Positions 58,309 to 64,000 of a DNA stretch of 64,000 nucleotides are shown here, in pieces; the first letter of the stretch is position 1; every line of letters begins with the position of its first letter. The DNA comes from Burkholderiales bacterium. GTDB taxonomy: Bacteria > Pseudomonadota > Gammaproteobacteria > Burkholderiales > SG8-39. The notes under the pieces were generated by a model. That model saw only the letters and a list, made by a program, of their open reading frames with translations, ran no database searches and had not been told where the DNA came from. The DNA lies in contig JBFJOO010000006.1 in assembly GCA_041617635.1 (NCBI GenBank), positions 18,756-82,755 on the forward strand. The letters run 5' to 3'. A program made the position numbers and the translations under genes.

Positions 58309-58911
58309 TCAGAGTCGCCGGCGGCCGAACGGCCCCCGGCCGCGCCACCAGCGGATCATCAGATAGCCCCCGACCATGCCCCCGAGGTGCGCGAAGTGCG
58401 CGACGCCGGCTTGGGTCCCGGTGACTCCGAAGTAGAGTTCGAGGATGCCGAAGAGCGTCACGAAGAGCCAGGCCGGCATCGGAATCGGCGGGATGATGAG
58501 TAGGACCCGGCGGTTCGGAAAGTACATCGCGAACGCCAGCAGCAAGCCGAACACGCCACCGGACGCGCCGACGGTCGGGTAGGGCGGTGCGGCAAGGGCC
58601 GCCGTCACCACGAGCTGGGCGACTGCCGCGCTCAGCACGCATACGAAATAGAACGCGAGGTAACGCCGCTGGCCGACCACGCGCTCGATCTCGCCGCCGA
58701 ACATGTAGAGGGCGAACATGTTGAGGAGCAGATGAGTGAGTCCCGCATGCAGGAAGCCGTACGTCACGATCTGCCAGGGCAGGAACCCGGACGCGAGCGG
58801 CCATAGCGCGAAGAGCTGGATCAGCGTTCCGCCGGCGACTGTCTCGAGGAGGAAGACTGCGACATTGACGATGATCAGCAGCTGTGTGGCGGGCGGGATG
58901 GATGGAAACAT
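58309..58911 (-). CDS. Rhomboid family intramembrane serine protease
   Basis: FLHAG, HLLLNM, GASGG and AHFAHLGG. Confidence 0.93.
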   Translation of the reverse strand: MFPSIPPATQLLIIVNVAVFLLETVAGGTLIQLFALWPLASGFLPWQIVTYGFLHAGLTHLLLNMFALYMFGGEIERVVGQRRYLAFYFVCVLSAAVAQLVVTAALAAPPYPTVGASGGVFGLLLAFAMYFPNRRVLLIIPPIPMPAWLFVTLFGILELYFGVTGTQAGVAHFAHLGGMVGGYLMIRWWRGRGPFGRRRL

Positions 58912-58958
58912 TTCAGGAGATCGGAGAGGGCGGCTTAAAACCCGCGGAGACCGGCAAG

Positions 58959-58989
58959 AAAAAAGGCGCTGGCCGGGGGGCCCGGCCTT
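58959..58989 (-). terminator. Possible intrinsic terminator after the glycosidase gene
   Basis: GGCCGGG/CCCGGCC stem with a T6 run 6 nt later on the minus strand. Confidence 0.4.
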
Positions 58990-59053
58990 GTGTGTCCCCG
59001 AGGGTAACACCAGACGAGCGCGCGCGGCGACGCTCGCAGCCTTCCAGACCGGT

Positions 59054-60256
59054 CTAGGCGGAAACGCGGAACGGCCGCGCCCCGCCGTACGCGGCACGAT
59101 GCGCCATCAGAAACGCCGCGGCGTTCCAGGACTGGCGCGGCATGCCGTGGGGCTCGAGTGTCCGGCCGTGCAGCCACTCGTTGAATTGCCAGCCGCCAAT
59201 CTGGTTCGCACGCGCGACCTTCGCGAGCTCGCGCTGCGCGCGATCGCGCAAGCCCGCTTCGGCGAGCGCGGTCACCCAGAACCCGCCGACGAACGGCCAG
59301 ACGCCGCCGTTGTGGTATTGCCAGGCGAGATTCTGCCGGTGCCGCGACATGTACGGCCGCCAGAGGAAATGGGTTTCGCGGATCGGCTCGCATACCGCGC
59401 GCACGGGATACGGGTCCGCGACGCCGGCGCGTTCGAGCGAGCGCAGAATGCGCGAGCGTGTGGCGCCGTCGGCTAGCCCGCACAGGACGGCGAGGATGTT
59501 TCCGAACGTGTCGCCCTCGTTGCCGAAAAAAGCGAAATTGACGAACGAGAGATACAGACCGCGATTGCGTGCATCGCGCTTGACGTAGTGCACGAGCAGC
59601 CGCGCGCGGCGGTACTCGGCCAGCTCGGCCCCGAACGGATGGAACAGGTGGTTTGCGTTCGCGCGGGTTTCCCGCTGTTGGGGCAGGCGGAAGAGGCGCT
59701 TGACCCAGTGCCAGAGGGCGTTCGTGTACAGCACGAATCCGGAGCGGGGCATGATGTCGGCCCAGTCGCTCGCCTCGTTTTGCTGCAACAGGAAGAACCG
59801 CTGGTGCTCCTGCGCCTGGAGCCATGCGATGGCGCGGCCGATCTCGCCGGCGAATCGGTCGCGCAGCCGCCCACGCGGGTTGCAGAGATCGAGGAACGCC
59901 AGGCCGCCGAGCCACCAGAGGGTCGCATCGATGCAGCCGAGGTACCAGAAATCGGCTTCCGCGCGCTCGACGTCCACGAACTTCGGAATCTGGCCGTTCG
60001 GCGCCTGGTGGCGTGCGAGCGTGACGAGCCCTGCTGCTGCCGCGTGCTCGAGGTCCGGCTCTCCCGACAGGGCCATCCCCATCGCGCACACCGCGGCATC
60101 GCGCCCGAAGATCGCCGTGTAACCGCGCGCCCGCGCGCGTGCGGCGGGCGCCGCCGCGAGGATGCCCGGAGGCGTGAGATTGGCGCGCAGGAGCTCGATC
60201 GAGCGCCGGCGGCATTCCTCGGTGAGCGCGTGATCTGCGGACGTCGGCCGGCTCAT
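59054..60256 (-). CDS. Six-hairpin glycosidase (GH100/invertase- or debranching-enzyme-C-like)
   Basis: IFGRDA, NGQIP, DATLWW, SDWAD, YHNGGVWP, FNEWLHG and QSWNAA. Confidence 0.8.
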   Translation of the reverse strand: MSRPTSADHALTEECRRRSIELLRANLTPPGILAAAPAARARARGYTAIFGRDAAVCAMGMALSGEPDLEHAAAAGLVTLARHQAPNGQIPKFVDVERAEADFWYLGCIDATLWWLGGLAFLDLCNPRGRLRDRFAGEIGRAIAWLQAQEHQRFFLLQQNEASDWADIMPRSGFVLYTNALWHWVKRLFRLPQQRETRANANHLFHPFGAELAEYRRARLLVHYVKRDARNRGLYLSFVNFAFFGNEGDTFGNILAVLCGLADGATRSRILRSLERAGVADPYPVRAVCEPIRETHFLWRPYMSRHRQNLAWQYHNGGVWPFVGGFWVTALAEAGLRDRAQRELAKVARANQIGGWQFNEWLHGRTLEPHGMPRQSWNAAAFLMAHRAAYGGARPFRVSA

Positions 60257-60270
60257 GGCGCCCGCGCCGG

Positions 60271-61695
60271 TCAACCCACCGGGGGCAGGCGGGAGGCAGC
60301 AGGCGCGCGCGCCGGGATGAGGCCCGCGGCGAGCGACTCGAAGAGCGGCACCGGGCACACCAATCGCGACATGCCGGTCGCGACGAGGGAGGTGGCCATG
60401 AGCGGCATGAGCATGCTCTGGCTGTCGGTCATCTCCAGCACGATCACGAACGCGGTGATCGGCACGCGCAGCACGCCCGCGAAGAACGCGACCATGCCGA
60501 GCAGCGCGACCACGGCGGTCGGCAGGTAGGGCATGAGCACCGCGAGGTTGGCGCCCAATCCGGCGCCGATGGCGAGCGACGGCGCGAAGATGCCGCCCGG
60601 GATGCCGCTCACCGCCGAGACGATGGTCGCCATGAGCTTGTAGAGGCCGTAGGTCCAGTCAAGATCGGCGGTGCCCTCGATGATCTGGCGCGCCTCGTAG
60701 TAGCCCGTACCGTAGCTCGTGCCGTCCGACGCCAGCCCGATCAGCGCGATCACCAGCCCGCACGCGGCGGCGAACGCGATCGGGCGCATGCGGGAGAATT
60801 CGCCGAGTCGTCCCTGCAGGCCCCGCGCGGCGCCGCTCAGGATCCGGCTGAACAAGCCTCCGGCGAGACCGCCGGCCACACCGACCACCCCGATCGCGAT
60901 CCAGGCCTCGCCCAGGCTCGCCTCGGCGGATGTCCGGCCGAAGTACGTGTAGTCGCCGAGCACCGCGAGCGCGATGAAGCCGGCGAGGATCACTGCCGTG
61001 AGGATGGTGCCGCTCGTGCGCTCCTCGAGCGATCGGCTCATCTCGACCGCGAATACGATGCCGGTGAGCGGTGTATTGAATGCGGCCGCGATCCCGGCCG
61101 CACCGCCGGCCACGATCAAGCCCCGCTCCAGGCCCGGATACGCGGGTCGGCCGACACCGCCGAGCGCGTGCATGATCGAGGCGCCGATCTGGACCATCGG
61201 CCCCTCGCGGCCGACCGATGCGCCGGCGCCGATGCCGAGCAGCGTGAGCGCGATCTTGCCGAATGCGATGCGCAGGCTGATGAGTCCGGAGCGTGCGGAG
61301 CGCTCGGTCACCGCGAGCGCGGCGATCACGGGTGGGATGCCGCTGCCGGCGGTGCCCGGAAAGAAGCGCACGAGCCACGCGGCGAGCGCCACGCCCACGG
61401 GCGTGACGAGCAGCGGCAGGTAAGGCGACTGATCGATGCGCCGGCGAAAGAACGCTTCCACGAAGTCGGCGGCGAGGGCAAAGAAGATCGCCGTGCCGGC
61501 CACGCTTGCGGCGGCGACCCACAACGCGACGCGCTGCGTCCAGATCCGGCGCGACCACAGCTCCTGAAGTTGTGTCCCTTCGACGCGCGGCGGCGTGGGC
61601 GCGCTTCCCGGGCGAGTCTCACCACTCGCGGCAGCGGGCGAGGCCCCATCGGTCGGCGGCCGATCGGGCGGCGGTTCGGCGGTCGGCTCGCTCAC
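60271..61695 (-). CDS. ClC family chloride channel/antiporter
   Basis: GSGIP, GREGP, AFNTPL and GGIFAP. GTGA overlap with treY. Confidence 0.93.
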   Translation of the reverse strand: MSEPTAEPPPDRPPTDGASPAAASGETRPGSAPTPPRVEGTQLQELWSRRIWTQRVALWVAAASVAGTAIFFALAADFVEAFFRRRIDQSPYLPLLVTPVGVALAAWLVRFFPGTAGSGIPPVIAALAVTERSARSGLISLRIAFGKIALTLLGIGAGASVGREGPMVQIGASIMHALGGVGRPAYPGLERGLIVAGGAAGIAAAFNTPLTGIVFAVEMSRSLEERTSGTILTAVILAGFIALAVLGDYTYFGRTSAEASLGEAWIAIGVVGVAGGLAGGLFSRILSGAARGLQGRLGEFSRMRPIAFAAACGLVIALIGLASDGTSYGTGYYEARQIIEGTADLDWTYGLYKLMATIVSAVSGIPGGIFAPSLAIGAGLGANLAVLMPYLPTAVVALLGMVAFFAGVLRVPITAFVIVLEMTDSQSMLMPLMATSLVATGMSRLVCPVPLFESLAAGLIPARAPAASRLPPVG

Positions 61696-64000
61696 TTTCG
61701 AGGTTGGATGTTATACGTAAGCAGCGCGCCGGGAAAGTTTGCGAACGCGTCGGCAAGCAGAATCCGGCCATCGCGCACCGCCACCCGCTCGCCGGTGAGC
61801 GCGTTCACGAGCTGCACGTCCGCTGGCAGCGCGTGAGCGTCGATAGTCGTGTCGCCCCAGACCGCCGCGCCGATCGGCGCCACGCGCGTATCGACGCCGA
61901 GCGATGCCCAGAGCCGGCCCGCGATCGCGATCACGCCGGCGTCCGCGTGCCGGCGCGCGAACGCGACGACGTGATCGGCGCGTGTACCGCTCGCAGCGAG
62001 CGGCGCGTAGTCGCCTTGCTCGAACAGCTTCGGATGCAGCCGTCGCAACCCGAGCGCGCGCCACACGACCCAGAGCTTGGCGCGCCCATCGTCGGGCGCC
62101 TCGGCCATCTCGCGAGCCGCGTTCGCCATGCCTTCCGATCCTGCGATCGCCGTCATTCCCTCCAGCATCGCCTTGCGGTGTGCGTAGTCCACCGGGCGCC
62201 GATTGTCGGGATCGACGAGACTGAAGTCCCAGATCTCGGTGCCCAGGTAGATGTCGGGCACGCCGGGCGAAGCGAGCTTGATCGCAGTCATCGACAGGCT
62301 GTTCAGCATCCCGAACCAGGCGATCGAACGGACCTGCGCCGCGAGATCGTCAAGAAACAGGTTGGCCTCGCGCCGACCGAGCAGCTGACGCACGAACTCG
62401 GTGACCGCGGCCTCGTAAGGCTCCGACACGCTGATCCAGCTCGATCGGACTTTTGCCTCGCGGATCGCCTTCACCATGTAGCGCTCGATGCGCTCACGGT
62501 ACGTTGCGAGCCCCGCATCGTCGAGGCTCTCCAGGGGAAACGTTCCGAGCAACGTCTGGTACAGCAGGTACTCGTCGTTGCGCGAGGGCGCGGGAGCGCG
62601 ATCCACGGTGCGCTTGCGGGCGCGGTTCATCCTGCTCCAGCGGCGCAGGACCAGCCGCCAGGCGGCGGGCATCTCCGACAGCACGTCGATGCGCGTCCGC
62701 ACGTCTTCGGCACGCTTGTTGTCGTGCGTCGAGGTGGCGAGCATGGTGTGCGGCCAGCGTGCTGCGCGATCGGCGCTCGCGCCGTGGAATGCCGTGACCG
62801 TGAAGCCGAACAGGTCCGGGTCACCGCCGACCTCGTTCAGCGACACGAGACGGTTGTAGATGTAGAAGGCCGTGTCCTCGACACCCTTTGCGGTGACCGG
62901 CGCGGTGAACTGCTGGAATTTCATCGCGAACGCGCGAAATTGCGCCGCGTGCTCCGGCGACGCGCCCTTCGGTGCGCGGCCGAGCATGGCGACCCGCACG
63001 AAATCGAAGATGCTGATGTCAGCCGCGCGGCTGCGGCGCTTGGCGTGCGCAATCGCCCAGTCGATCTGGCGCCGATCCTGCTGCGTGACGCCATCGGCTA
63101 TGTAGGTCCGGTAGACGGGAAAGCACGCGACGATTTCGGTGAGCGCCTCGCGCAGGGTGTTGAACGTGTAGTCCCGGGTGCGCCGGTCCGCGCGCGCGAT
63201 GCGCAGGAGCGCGTTGGCGAGAACCGTCAGCTCCGAGGCGAGCGCGGAGCGCATCGTCGTGCGCTTGCCCCGGTAGATGATCTCGCCCAGCTCCAGCGCC
63301 TCGCCGATAAACGCTCGGTAGATGCGGTCGAATTTGCTGCGCGCCGAGCCGTCGACGAAGAGGCCGTTAACGACCGTGGCAAAGCGGTAGCCGGTGGTGC
63401 CGTGCACTGCCCAGCTGTCGGGCACGTGCTCGTGACCTGCCGTGATCTTCTCGACCAGCACGTAGAGCGGGCAGGCCGGGCGGCCGTTTTCGGGCGGCGG
63501 AATGTCGATGCCGGCGTGCTGGGCATAGCGCTCCTGCAGTCGACGGAAGTACTGCGCCGGATCGTACAGACCGTCCGGATGGTCGAGGCGCACCCCGTCC
63601 ACCTTGCCCTCGACAAGGAGGTCGAGCACGAGGCGGTGCGTGGCCTCGAACACCGCCTCGTTCTCCATGCGCAGCCCGGCAAGCTCATTGATGTCGAAGA
63701 ACCGGCGGTAGTTGATCTCGTCGGACGCGACCCGCCAGTAGGCGAGGCGATAAGCCTGCCGCTCAAGGAGTTCGTGCAGGGTCTCGAAGCTCTCGCCATC
63801 GCCCGCCGTGCCATTCATGACGCGCACTGCGCGCTCGATGGCCTCCAGCACGGCCGGCGCCTCACCGGCGAGCTGCGCGAGCCGGCGTTTGTGTAGCTCC
63901 TTGTCGCGGTGGCGCTCCGAGACGGCCTCGGTAGCAGTGCTCTCGCGCTCCGGCAGGTGTCCGAACGCGGCGATCAGACTCGATAACTGGGCCCCGCTCG
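61692..64000 (-). CDS. treY: Malto-oligosyltrehalose synthase TreY (5'-truncated by window edge)
   Basis: INYRRFFDI, RLDHPDGL, EKI, KGVEDT, TSTHDNKR, GVPDIYLG and LVDPDNRRPVD. The frame stays open to the window end. Confidence 0.95.
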   Translation of the reverse strand, partial: SGAQLSSLIAAFGHLPERESTATEAVSERHRDKELHKRRLAQLAGEAPAVLEAIERAVRVMNGTAGDGESFETLHELLERQAYRLAYWRVASDEINYRRFFDINELAGLRMENEAVFEATHRLVLDLLVEGKVDGVRLDHPDGLYDPAQYFRRLQERYAQHAGIDIPPPENGRPACPLYVLVEKITAGHEHVPDSWAVHGTTGYRFATVVNGLFVDGSARSKFDRIYRAFIGEALELGEIIYRGKRTTMRSALASELTVLANALLRIARADRRTRDYTFNTLREALTEIVACFPVYRTYIADGVTQQDRRQIDWAIAHAKRRSRAADISIFDFVRVAMLGRAPKGASPEHAAQFRAFAMKFQQFTAPVTAKGVEDTAFYIYNRLVSLNEVGGDPDLFGFTVTAFHGASADRAARWPHTMLATSTHDNKRAEDVRTRIDVLSEMPAAWRLVLRRWSRMNRARKRTVDRAPAPSRNDEYLLYQTLLGTFPLESLDDAGLATYRERIERYMVKAIREAKVRSSWISVSEPYEAAVTEFVRQLLGRREANLFLDDLAAQVRSIAWFGMLNSLSMTAIKLASPGVPDIYLGTEIWDFSLVDPDNRRPVDYAHRKAMLEGMTAIAGSEGMANAAREMAEAPDDGRAKLWVVWRALGLRRLHPKLFEQGDYAPLAASGTRADHVVAFARRHADAGVIAIAGRLWASLGVDTRVAPIGAAVWGDTTIDAHALPADVQLVNALTGERVAVRDGRILLADAFANFPGALLTYNIQPRK

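Overview
This is a GC-rich chromosomal window, most likely from a betaproteobacterium (inferred from the style of AlaS, AroG, PyrE, GlcDEF and the CPA2-YbdK-PuuD cluster). It holds about 56 supportable CDSs. I found no rRNA, tRNA, CRISPR array, transposase or integrase. In order along the window: a 2-oxoacid/acetoin dehydrogenase E1a-E1b-E2 + Gfo/Idh/MocA + EboE-like + hydroxyacid dehydrogenase catabolic cluster; SDR/DoxX/VIT1; a Ser/Thr kinase; alaS, aroG, pyrE; CDF; an ECF sigma/anti-sigma pair; PduO; a 7-gene ArsS-type radical SAM/glycosyltransferase cluster; AlaX-GNAT-ACT; a LysR regulator; a sulfur-anion transport block (SLC13, TauE-USP fusion, SulP); glcDEF; ABC transporters; pntAB; CPA2-YbdK-PuuD; and a trehalose/stress block (GH65, OtsB, EncFtn, rhomboid, six-hairpin glycosidase, ClC, partial TreY). 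The most striking unannotated signal is a candidate ~150-nt non-coding RNA (30630-30780, minus strand), divergent from the LysR gene. It has a paired ATC-N9-GAT LysR box abutting a sigma70 promoter, four hairpins, two pyrimidine-rich loops complementary to Shine-Dalgarno/start-codon sequences, and an intrinsic terminator. Other highlights are the ArsS cluster lacking an adjacent arsM, a 90-bp duplicated gene tail that differs almost only at synonymous sites, and a 246-bp self-folding intergenic element. All family assignments come from motif recognition by eye; no database searches were run.
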